This document shows, one piece after another, positions 31,781 to 40,342 of a stretch of DNA of 64,000 nt. The stretch lies in the NCBI GenBank assembly GCA_000092065.1, contig CP000588.1; one strand, 5' to 3'. Position numbers and translations under genes: made by a program. The notes beneath the pieces are model-generated. The model was given only the letters and a program-made list of their open reading frames with translations. It had not been told where the DNA came from and searched no databases. The stretch is from Ostreococcus lucimarinus (taxonomy: Eukaryota). Every line of letters begins with the position of its first letter. Positions within the stretch are counted from its first letter, which is position 1.

Positions 31781-32516
31781 ATGGCGAGCGACGGCCGTGG
31801 GGCGGCGATCACGCAAGCGAAACTGGTGCGCGAGCGACGCGCGGGCGCGCTGACGCGACGACGCGCGCGCGTCGTCGGCGCGACGCGTTTTTCTCGACGT
31901 GAGATTCCGCCAACGACCTCGACTGACGACTGCTTGCGGCTCGCGACGACGCGCACAGGTGCTCCTGGGGGACATGGGGGCTGGGAAGTCATCGCTAGTG
32001 CTGAGATTCGTCAAAGGTCAGTTTCACGAGTACCAAGAGAGCACGATCGGGGCGGCGTTCTTGACTCAGACGGTGTGCGCGGACGATCGAACGATCAAGT
32101 TTGAAATCTGGGATACCGCCGGACAAGAGCGATATCACTCGCTCGCGCCGATGTATTACCGCGGTGCGGCGGCGGCGATCATCGTGTACGACATTCAAAG
32201 CCAGTCGAGCTTCGCGCGAGCGAAGAGTTGGGTGCGGGAATTGCAAAAGCAAGGAAACGCCGCGCTCGTCATGGCGCTGGCGGGGAATAAGTGTGACATG
32301 GAGGAGAAACGAGAGGTCGAGCGAGAGGAAGCGGAGGCGTACGCGTCGGAGAATGGGTTATTCTTCATGGAAACGTCCGCGAAGGAGGCGTTGAACGTCA
32401 CTGAATTGTTCCATGAAATCGCGGTGAAGTTGCCAAAGGCGCCCACGCCGACGAATGGGCCGGGGGTGGTGTTGACGAATCAGAATCGTACGCCGCAGAA
32501 GAGCCAGTGCTGTTGA
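31781..32516 (+). CDS. Rab5-type small GTPase (plant RabF/ARA7-like), two exons.
   Basis: Exon 1 (31781..31825) encodes [15 protein letters not shown]. Intron 31826..31958 has a GTGCGC donor, GACTGACGA branch and CGCACAG acceptor. Exon 2 begins [34 protein letters not shown]... Together these reproduce the ARA7 N-terminus ([35 protein letters not shown]). The C-terminus is ...QCC (a cysteine-pair prenylation motif). Confidence 0.85.
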
Positions 32517-32726
32517 AAAAGAAAGCGACAGAAATTCTTTAGCGCTCGTTCGTCTCCGCGCGCGCGACGACGACGACAACGAGTCGCCAACTTTGTAAGA
32601 ACGTTGTGTACAAATTCATCTTCTATCGCTATCGTTCGAGCCCGAACGTTCTACTTTTTCCCTCTCTTCGCCCCTGCCTTCTTTTCTCCGCCGTCGAGCT
32701 TTCCCTTCAACGCCTCTGCGAATTCC

Positions 32727-33140
32727 CTATACACGTTCGCTTTTCCTTTCACCGTCTACGCGTGACGTTCGAACCGTCGCCGATGCCGTCAGTCGTTCGC
32801 GCTCGACAATCAAAAGCTCACAAAATCGTCCTACGATCGCGCTCGCGTTCGCGCGCACCTCGTTCACCGTCCCCGCGGCGAGTATCTGATTGATCATGAA
32901 CCCCATCGGTTTCTTTCCCTGATCCACGTCGCGCAAGAGCTCGACGGGGATCTCCACGTCGTCGCATTTTTCTGCCGCCTCGCGCAGCGCCGGGAGCGTC
33001 TGCGCAAAGTCTTCAATCTTCTCGATCACTCGCTCGTCGCTCGGCGCGCCGAGTTCGATGATTTTCTCGAGTTGGTGCAGTTCCCATATCGCTTTCTCCA
33101 GCGCTTGCCCGAGGGCGGACGGCGCGGGCGCGGCGGACAT
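32727..33140 (-). CDS. Mediator complex subunit MED10 (Nut2).
   Basis: LEKAIWELHQLEKII...DDVEIPVELLRDVDQGKKPMGFMINQI parallels human MED10 LEKFVENIRQLGII...ITVPLEVFEYIDQGRNPQLYTKECL. The true start (33140) lies inside the listed 32727..33626 ORF. Confidence 0.55.
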   Translation of the reverse strand: MSAAPAPSALGQALEKAIWELHQLEKIIELGAPSDERVIEKIEDFAQTLPALREAAEKCDDVEIPVELLRDVDQGKKPMGFMINQILAAGTVNEVRANASAIVGRFCELLIVERERLTASATVRTSRVDGERKSERV

Positions 33141-33215
33141 CGCTCGCGCGTCGCGAAGTGCGCACGGCACGCCGCGCCCGTCCGCAGTGCTCGACGCGCT
33201 CGACGCGCTCGACGC
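33141..33215. promoter_or_regulatory. 75-bp bidirectional promoter between the MED10 and DGAT2 start codons.
   Basis: Divergent ATGs at 33140 (minus) and 33216 (plus). Confidence 0.35.
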
Positions 33216-34268
33216 ATGGGCTCGAACGCGCAGCGCGGTGCGCTCTGGCGCGAACACCGCGCCGTGGAGGCGGCGACGATCGCGGCGATGCGCGCGCGCG
33301 GCGTGCGCGACGTGCCGTGGAGCTCCGCGAAGCGCATGCTCGCGGTGCTGTGCGTCAGCGCGATTTACACGTCGTGGATCCTGTCCCCGGTCGTGTCCGC
33401 GGTGGCGGTGATTTTGATACCGTCGTTGCGAGCGTACGTCGGGTGTTATCTCTTCGCGTCGTACGCGCTCGGGGTGCGTGTGCCCATGAATGGGCTTTAT
33501 AAATTCTTTTGCGGGCTCGAGTGCGGAGAAGAAAATGGATGGGAACTCGTCGTCGAGGACGCGACGGCGGGCGAGAAAGAGATTGATTGCTCTAAGCGCG
33601 CGTATTTGTTCGCCGCGCACCCGCACGGGTTATTCGCGTCTGGTTGCGTGGGGAATATCGTATTGAGCGACGCGGCGTTGAGGCGATTCCGAGCGCGGCA
33701 CGTTAGATTCTTCATCAACAACTTGCTCATAAGCGTGTTTCCGATCATCAAAGATGTGCTGTCGTCGCTTGGGTTCTTACCATGCACAGCAAAAATGATG
33801 CGACGGGTTTTAGGGCGTGGGGAGACTGGGATGATTGTTGTTGGCGGCGTTCAAGAGGTGGTGCTGACGGGCAACGTCGACGTCGAAGAGCTATACTTGA
33901 AGAATTGTTTCGGATTCGTCAAGGTAGCCATCCAAGTCGGAACGCCCTTAGTGCCAGTATACACGTTTGGCGAGTCTCTGGCTACTGGTCCGGATTGGGT
34001 GCCGTTTCGTGAGATACGAAAACGCCTGAGCTATAAATTTGTATTTCCGTTCCGCTCGCTCGGCATCGTCCATCGTTGGGGATTCTGCTTTCCGCGAGGC
34101 AAGCTCACGACAGTGGTGGGACCACCTATTGAAGTTAAGCAGAACGATAGACCGTCGCGCGAGGAAGTGGCTGCGGTGCATGCGCAGTATTGTAAGTCGC
34201 TTTTGGCACTCATTGAACGAAACAAAGCCGCCGCGGGATACCCAACCCAGGTGACAAGATTGGTATAG
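33216..34268 (+). CDS. Diacylglycerol O-acyltransferase type 2 (DGAT2/MGAT family).
   Basis: N-terminal TM helices, HPHG catalytic motif (LFAAHPHGLFASG), and the conserved downstream blocks PVYTFGE... and RLSYKFVFPFRSLG. Confidence 0.8.
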   Translation: MGSNAQRGALWREHRAVEAATIAAMRARGVRDVPWSSAKRMLAVLCVSAIYTSWILSPVVSAVAVILIPSLRAYVGCYLFASYALGVRVPMNGLYKFFCGLECGEENGWELVVEDATAGEKEIDCSKRAYLFAAHPHGLFASGCVGNIVLSDAALRRFRARHVRFFINNLLISVFPIIKDVLSSLGFLPCTAKMMRRVLGRGETGMIVVGGVQEVVLTGNVDVEELYLKNCFGFVKVAIQVGTPLVPVYTFGESLATGPDWVPFREIRKRLSYKFVFPFRSLGIVHRWGFCFPRGKLTTVVGPPIEVKQNDRPSREEVAAVHAQYCKSLLALIERNKAAAGYPTQVTRLV

Positions 34269-34370
34269 CTCGCGCGTAGACGAGAATTAGACTGTATCGT
34301 AGAACTATTCATTACAAGCAACACGCCCGTTCCTCGGCGCACACCGCTCTCTTTGTCTCATCTAAATTGT

Positions 34371-35963
34371 CTATTCTCGCTGACGCGGCGTGCATTTTAT
34401 GATGTCGTCGACGCGAATGATCATTTCAGCCGCTTCGGTGGCCGAAAGAAGGACTTGCTGCTTGACACGGAAGCACTCGACCACGCCACACTGTTGCATG
34501 TCACCGACTTCGCCCGTCAAGATGTTGATACCGGTGTTCTTCTTCCCCGCAGCGTGCGCGGCGCGCATTTGCGATACGAGCTCAGAACTATCCAAGCCGC
34601 CGTTGTCGCAGATGATGGTCGGGATAGCGCGCAAAGCCTTGGCAAAGCACTCCATCGCTAACGATCTCTTCCCTGGCGTTTTCGCTGCGAGCTCTTCCAC
34701 GGCTTTGGACATGATCATCTCCGAGCAACCGCCGCCGTAAATGACTCTGCTGTCCTTCACCGTCGACGTCAAGACGCACAGGGCGTCGTGCAACGAGCGT
34801 TCAGCCTCACCTAAGATATGCTCTGACGCCCCTCGAAGAACGATCGTACACGCCTCACCCTTGGCAACGCCGCTGAATCGAATCAAGCGATCCTCACCGA
34901 TCATTACCTCCTCAATCAAGTCGCAGGAGCCGAGCTGAACGTCCTCTGGGTTGTCAAACGTCGAGCAAATATCGCCACCCGTGACCAAGGCCAGGCGTTC
35001 GATGCCGTCAAAGTCGGCGTGTTCGATCGCAGCCACGCCCGCTTCGGTGAAGATTTGTTCGGGGTAGTTGTAAATCAATTGACGGTTGATGAAGCAGTTG
35101 ATGCCGTAGCCGATGATTTTTTCGCACTTGCGCTTCATCTTCTCGCGCTCCGCCTGTTCAATCTCCGCAACCTTGGTCATGGAGTCCACTCGCACGCGCG
35201 CACCGTAAATTTTAATTTTATCCGTATCCATGGGCGTGTTGGCGATCAAAATCTTCGCGTTTTCGATTCTCTTCGGTTGTCCGACGCCAAAACGCTTGTC
35301 CAAGATGAATCCTTCGTCTAAAAACGAATCCTTCAAGCTTCCACCCGGTTTCTGAATGATTTGAATCATCTCTAGGTCTCCTGACCCTTTCAATCGCAGC
35401 ACCGCATCCACAGCGAGCTTGGCGAAGTGTTCCTTGTCGTTCGTCAAGATTTTCGAACTCAGCGTAGTCTTCGCGATGTTGGTCAAGTCTTGCCTGAATC
35501 TCGCCTCGTCCCCGGCGTTATCGCTCGCCGCGCGCTCCAGCGCCGCCTTCGCCGCCTCGCACGCCTCTCTAAACCCTTGAATAATCGTCATCGGGTGCAC
35601 GTGTTGATTCACCAACTGTTCCGCCTGTCTCAAAAGTTCGCTCGCGAACACCACCACCGACGTCGTCCCGTCCCCGACCTCGTCGTCTTGCGCCTTTGAG
35701 ATGTCCACCAGCACCTTCGCCGCCGGGTTATCGACGTATATCGACTTCAAGATCGTCGCTCCATCGTTCGTCACCGTCACGTTCCGTCCTCTCTGCACGC
35801 TCTGCAGGATCTTATCCATCCCCTTCGGCCCGAGCGTTGACTTCACCAAGTCCCCGATCGCCATCGCGCCGACGAAGGATGCCAGGCGCGCGTGTTCGCC
35901 CTTTTCCTCGCTCGCGCCCTCGCGCAGGACCGACGCGTCGGCGTTTCCCGCCGCGGTCGCCAT
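34371..35963 (-). CDS. CCT2: T-complex protein 1 subunit beta (CCT2).
   Basis: Full-length group II chaperonin subunit ([10 protein letters not shown]..., ATP-binding GDGTTS). The N-terminus is collinear with CCT-beta. Confidence 0.9.
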   Translation of the reverse strand: MATAAGNADASVLREGASEEKGEHARLASFVGAMAIGDLVKSTLGPKGMDKILQSVQRGRNVTVTNDGATILKSIYVDNPAAKVLVDISKAQDDEVGDGTTSVVVFASELLRQAEQLVNQHVHPMTIIQGFREACEAAKAALERAASDNAGDEARFRQDLTNIAKTTLSSKILTNDKEHFAKLAVDAVLRLKGSGDLEMIQIIQKPGGSLKDSFLDEGFILDKRFGVGQPKRIENAKILIANTPMDTDKIKIYGARVRVDSMTKVAEIEQAEREKMKRKCEKIIGYGINCFINRQLIYNYPEQIFTEAGVAAIEHADFDGIERLALVTGGDICSTFDNPEDVQLGSCDLIEEVMIGEDRLIRFSGVAKGEACTIVLRGASEHILGEAERSLHDALCVLTSTVKDSRVIYGGGCSEMIMSKAVEELAAKTPGKRSLAMECFAKALRAIPTIICDNGGLDSSELVSQMRAAHAAGKKNTGINILTGEVGDMQQCGVVECFRVKQQVLLSATEAAEMIIRVDDIIKCTPRQRE

Positions 35964-36506
35964 CGCGTCTTCGTCTTCGTCGCCGTCTCGGTCTCGCGCG
36001 CGTCCCGTCCGTCGTCGTCTGCCGCGTCGCGCGCGGGGCGCGTCGTCAATCGAATCAATCGCGCAAAGCGACCGCGTCGACGACCGCGCGCGGGTTGACC
36101 CGACCGGCGAGTCGCCGCTCTATTCGTACTAGGGTTTAGGGTTTAGGTTATTTAGGTGAGACGATCGAGCCGCATTCATTCATAGGCTCGATCGTGGCCC
36201 GAAATACGACGCCCCCCGCGGGCGTCGTCGCGCGCGCGCGACGGCCGCGCGCGCGACGCGCCGACGCGTCGCCCGCGGGCGCGACATCGAACGACGCGAC
36301 GGGACGCGACCGGGCGCGACGGGACGACCGGCGAGCGCGTAAAGGCGAGCGAGATCGTCGACGCGTCGAGCGCGGACGTCGACGTCGGAAGACGCGACGC
36401 GACGCGACGCGAACGAAGCGATCGAGCGAACGATTCGCGTCGCGACGCATTTGACGATTCTTGTTCCCCCGGGACGCGCGAGGGGGGCGCGCAAGGGGAG
36501 AAAATC

Positions 36507-38195
36507 ATGAAGGAGGCGGCGAAGCGCGCGAAAACGACGGCGATGAAGGCGGCGAGACGACCGAGGAGCGCGGCGCGGGCGATGGCGGTGGCGGCGACGA
36601 TGGGGGGGGAGGGAGGGGGGGGGACGGAGCTGCGGGCGTTCGTGGCGGCGTGCGCGAACGCGCTGGGGCGAAGGGACGAGGACGTGGGGGCGAGGATCGC
36701 GGCGACGCTGGAGGCGAATTGGTTCACGACGCCGATGGATTTGGCGAGATTGAGCGTGGAGGAGGCGCGAGCGATGGCGGTGCCGATGAAACTGGTGGAT
36801 GAGTTTAAGCGCGCGCTGGACGGCGCGCGCGGGTTCGCGGCGAGCGGCGCGAGCGCGACGACGACGACGACGGAGAAAAACGACGAGGGAGAAACGGCGC
36901 TCGATTTAGGACTCGAGCCGTTGGCGTCGGAGACGGCGGCGACTACGATGAAGACGATGGTGTCGTCGAGCGGACGCATGGCGTTGAAGATGCGCACCGG
37001 TTTATCCGCCGAGTCGACGCGAGTGACGAGTCGACCTGTCGGATTACCGAATTATCGCATACCGTTGGAGGAATGCGGAAGCGATTTGAAGAAACAGTTC
37101 AAGGCTTTGCGCAAATTCCTTACCGTCCGTAGGCTTGGGCCTCAAGAATGCATTCTCGCTGGGGTGACGGCGGAAAAGTACGAAGACGTTTTGCGAGGCG
37201 CCTTGGGATGGTTGTGCGCGGAGAAAAACATGAAACCTTCGAAAGTCACGCTCCTCGACTTATTCCCGAGTATTGACGCGGAGAGTGCCAATGGAGCTTT
37301 TGAATACGTCACTTGGCTGAACGATGAGCGACAGACGTCGGCAAATTACGAGCTTCTCGTCACTCGCTCGTGCATCGCGGCGGTGAAATTCTTGTACGGC
37401 AATTTGAGCAAGGCGCAACCGGGCGAGGGCGAAGCGAAACCGTACCATGACTTGCCGGTGATGAAAGAATTACGTCGTATGGCGAAAGACGCTAAAGCTC
37501 GATCAGCCAAGGCGCCTAGCGTGAGCGATGAGCGTCTGAAATGGCTCGAATGGGATGAGTACTTGACGCTCGTGCAACGATTGAAGAGCGAGTGCACGGC
37601 GAAGAATTGTCTGGGACAATCTCGCTCGGCGAGCGCCGTGGCGTGGAGTGTGCAGAAGTATTTAATTTTTGGCGTTCTGTCGTGTGTGCCCGATCGTCAG
37701 CGAACTCTACGCGAGCTACGAGTCGGGAAGACGCTGTTCAAAGAGGGCGATAAGTGGGTCATTCGCCACAAAGAAACCGATTATAAAACGGGCAAGGACT
37801 ACGGGGTGCGACCACCGCTCGTAATCGCTCCGCATCTATATCCGACGCTCGAGACATTCATCGAAACGCACCGCAAAGAGCTCAATCCGAACCACGATTT
37901 CCTTTTCACTCGCAAGAATGGTGAGCAGTTTGACGGACAGGGGATTTATCGGCTCTTTACGACGACGGCGATGCGTCTCACCGGCAAGCGGACGAACCCG
38001 CACTTGATTCGAGACATGGTGGTGACGCACTTACGAGGGACGGACGCGTCCGAGCGACAGTTAGAGGCGCTAGCAATCTATATGGGTCACTCACTTCAGA
38101 TGCAAAAGTCGACGTACGACAGACGATCTGTCGAGCAAAAAGTTGCGCCGGCGGTGGATCTGTTAGATTCGCTCAACGCAAAGATGAGACTCTAG
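36507..38195 (+). CDS. Tyrosine-recombinase domain protein (phage-integrase/Crypton-like). C-terminal core-binding and catalytic domains with a low-complexity N-terminal extension.
   Basis: The C-terminal ~200 aa carry the canonical order of YR active-site elements: Arg (VPDRQRTLRELR), Lys in a beta-hairpin (HKETDYKTGKDYGVRPPLV), HxxR (NPHLIRDMVVTHLR, nt ~38001), His (AIYMGHS) and the nucleophile Tyr (QKSTYD, nt 38115). An upstream SAM-like core-binding segment is present (KALRKFL...AEKYEDVLRGALGWL). Confidence 0.6.
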   Translation: MKEAAKRAKTTAMKAARRPRSAARAMAVAATMGGEGGGGTELRAFVAACANALGRRDEDVGARIAATLEANWFTTPMDLARLSVEEARAMAVPMKLVDEFKRALDGARGFAASGASATTTTTEKNDEGETALDLGLEPLASETAATTMKTMVSSSGRMALKMRTGLSAESTRVTSRPVGLPNYRIPLEECGSDLKKQFKALRKFLTVRRLGPQECILAGVTAEKYEDVLRGALGWLCAEKNMKPSKVTLLDLFPSIDAESANGAFEYVTWLNDERQTSANYELLVTRSCIAAVKFLYGNLSKAQPGEGEAKPYHDLPVMKELRRMAKDAKARSAKAPSVSDERLKWLEWDEYLTLVQRLKSECTAKNCLGQSRSASAVAWSVQKYLIFGVLSCVPDRQRTLRELRVGKTLFKEGDKWVIRHKETDYKTGKDYGVRPPLVIAPHLYPTLETFIETHRKELNPNHDFLFTRKNGEQFDGQGIYRLFTTTAMRLTGKRTNPHLIRDMVVTHLRGTDASERQLEALAIYMGHSLQMQKSTYDRRSVEQKVAPAVDLLDSLNAKMRL

Positions 38196-38223
38196 ACTAT
38201 ACCTCGCTAATTCTACTCTTCTA

Positions 38224-39129
38224 CTAGCTACATGTGATTCCTAGGTTCCAAAAACGCAATTCTCCTGGCTGCTCCTGTTCTTCTTCGTCTTCGGACTCGT
38301 ACAAACACAACAGTTCGTGTAAATCATCACGCCAAGTGTACGCGCTCGAATACCACGAGTGCTTATCGGAACGACACCGCTTCCGAGGAAGCCGTCTCCG
38401 AGTCGATGAACGGTCATCACATCTACCGTCAGTATCGACTGGTCGATCGCTCGGGAGTTCGCGCGTCCACGCGTAGTCGCCGCAATTTTTGCACGTGCTT
38501 CGACAAAACGAGCGCAATGCGCGTTGTGTTTTCGTCGCATCCGACGCCATGAACGTGCGATACGCGGCGTTGAAACTCTTCGACACGCACGCGAGCGCGC
38601 ATCGAGTTCTATGATCATCGCACTTCCCCAAAATTTCAATGAGCAAGTCTTCGTGGAACACGTCCAAACTCCCGTTCCCGTCGCTCGGCTCCCGTCGCTT
38701 CCGCTGCGCGCGCGTCCACTCGATTTCGCACCGCTTCCAATCGCTCCTCAATTGTTTGTACTTCGTCCCAACCGACGCCCGCGCGCACAACGGCGACAAC
38801 TGCTCCAGAATATCCCTCACCAGCTTCACGCACAACGAGGACGCGAGCACGCTCCGCTCCGCCACCGCGAGCGCGTCCTCGACCATCGCCACCGCGCGCC
38901 TCACCGCCGCGAGCGCGCTCTCGAGCGCTTTTCCACTCGGTTTCCACGGCGTGCGCTTCACCCCTCGCGTCGTCGTCGTCGTCGTGCGCCGGTGACGATT
39001 TCCCACGAGCAACGCGCGCAACTCTGCGAGCGCCTGCACGCGCTCGCGCGGCGTCATCGACGGCGCGATCGCGGCGAGCACGCGCGCATCGATCACCTTC
39101 GCCCGTTCGTCGCCGTGCGCGGTCGTCAT
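38224..39129 (-). CDS. F-box domain protein.
   Basis: F-box consensus HEDLLIEILGKCDDHRTRCALACVSKSFNAAY. Its stop is 28 bp from the stop of the convergent recombinase-like gene. Confidence 0.5.
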   Translation of the reverse strand: MTTAHGDERAKVIDARVLAAIAPSMTPRERVQALAELRALLVGNRHRRTTTTTTRGVKRTPWKPSGKALESALAAVRRAVAMVEDALAVAERSVLASSLCVKLVRDILEQLSPLCARASVGTKYKQLRSDWKRCEIEWTRAQRKRREPSDGNGSLDVFHEDLLIEILGKCDDHRTRCALACVSKSFNAAYRTFMASDATKTQRALRSFCRSTCKNCGDYAWTRELPSDRPVDTDGRCDDRSSTRRRLPRKRCRSDKHSWYSSAYTWRDDLHELLCLYESEDEEEQEQPGELRFWNLGITCS

Positions 39130-39193
39130 CGCGCCGCGCGACGCGACAGAGTGTCGTCACTCTGCGGCGCGTCCGTCCCGTCGCGCGTTCGCC
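39130..39193. promoter_or_regulatory. 64-bp bidirectional promoter between the F-box and threonine aldolase genes.
   Basis: Divergent ATGs at 39129 (minus) and 39194 (plus). Confidence 0.35.
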
Positions 39194-40300
39194 ATGCGAC
39201 TCTCCGACGGCGTCGTCGACGCGCGGAGCGACACGGTGACGAAACCGACGGCGCGCATGAGGGAAGCGATGGCGCGCGCCGAGGTCGGGGACGACGTCCT
39301 CGGCGACGATCGCACGGTGAAGGCGCTCGAACGTAAAATGGCGGAGATGTTTGGATTCGAGGCGGCGGTGTTCACGCCGAGCGGAACCATGGCGAATTTG
39401 CTCGCCATCGCCACGTGGTGCGACGAGCGAGGGAGCGAAGCGATCATCGGAGATAAGTCGCACGTGCACCTGTACGAACAGGGCGGGATGTCGTCGCTGA
39501 TGGGGGTGCATTCGAGAACGCTCAAGAATCGCGAAGACGGGACGCTCGCGCTGGAGGATATACGAGCCGCGATACGCACCGTGAGCGACGATCACTTCCC
39601 AGTGACGAAGGTTGTGACGCTGGAGAACACGCAGAATAAGTGTGGGGGGAAGGTACTGCCGGTGGAGTACGTTCGGGAGGTTGGGGCGTTGTGCGCGGCG
39701 CACGGGGTGAAGTTGCACATGGACGGGGCGAGAATTTGGAACGCGTTGGCGGCGAGCATCGATCACGTTCGCATCGATCACATCTTACAAGGGTGTGATT
39801 CGGCGAGTATCTGCTTGAGCAAAGCCATCGGCGCCCCCGTTGGGAGCGTGTTACTCGGCGATGAGGCGTTTGTTCGAAAGGCGAAGCGGTTGCGCAAAGC
39901 GTTGGGCGGTTCGATGCGACAAGTCGGCGTCTTAGCCGCTGCGGCTTTAGAGGCGATCGATGAAGTATTCCCGAAGATAGCAGAAGATCACGAGCGCGCG
40001 AGGGCTTTCGCGAACGCGCTACAAGGCGCGACTGGTCTCGAATGCGCAACGCCGGAGTCGAACCTCGTTCTCGTGCGAAGCACCATTCCCGGCATCACTT
40101 CCGAGATGTTGATGCGGGAATTGGAGATGAGCCACGGTGTGTTGGTTTTACCAACGAATCAAGACACCATTCGCGTCGCTTTTCACCATCAAATCACGGA
40201 TGCGGGCGTTGAACGTCTGGTCAGTGGCTTTCGTGAAAGCGTGCTCGAACTCGCTCGCGACCCAAAGCTGAACGAAATTATGATGTCTGACGGTATGTAA
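39194..40300 (+). CDS. Low-specificity L-threonine aldolase (PLP-dependent).
   Basis: SDTVTKPT...FTPSGTMANLLAI... and the PLP-lysine region (SICLSKAIGAPVGS) typical of threonine aldolase/GLY1. Confidence 0.85.
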   Translation: MRLSDGVVDARSDTVTKPTARMREAMARAEVGDDVLGDDRTVKALERKMAEMFGFEAAVFTPSGTMANLLAIATWCDERGSEAIIGDKSHVHLYEQGGMSSLMGVHSRTLKNREDGTLALEDIRAAIRTVSDDHFPVTKVVTLENTQNKCGGKVLPVEYVREVGALCAAHGVKLHMDGARIWNALAASIDHVRIDHILQGCDSASICLSKAIGAPVGSVLLGDEAFVRKAKRLRKALGGSMRQVGVLAAAALEAIDEVFPKIAEDHERARAFANALQGATGLECATPESNLVLVRSTIPGITSEMLMRELEMSHGVLVLPTNQDTIRVAFHHQITDAGVERLVSGFRESVLELARDPKLNEIMMSDGM

Positions 40301-40342
40301 TGAATAGTTAGAGATCTGTATTACGAATCTGCAAAGAATTTT

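Noticed and set aside
38636-39781. 381-aa minus-strand ORF spanning the F-box/threonine-aldolase junction.
   Set aside because: It overlaps two better-supported genes on opposite strands and crosses their shared 64-bp promoter. Its composition is Arg/Gly low complexity.
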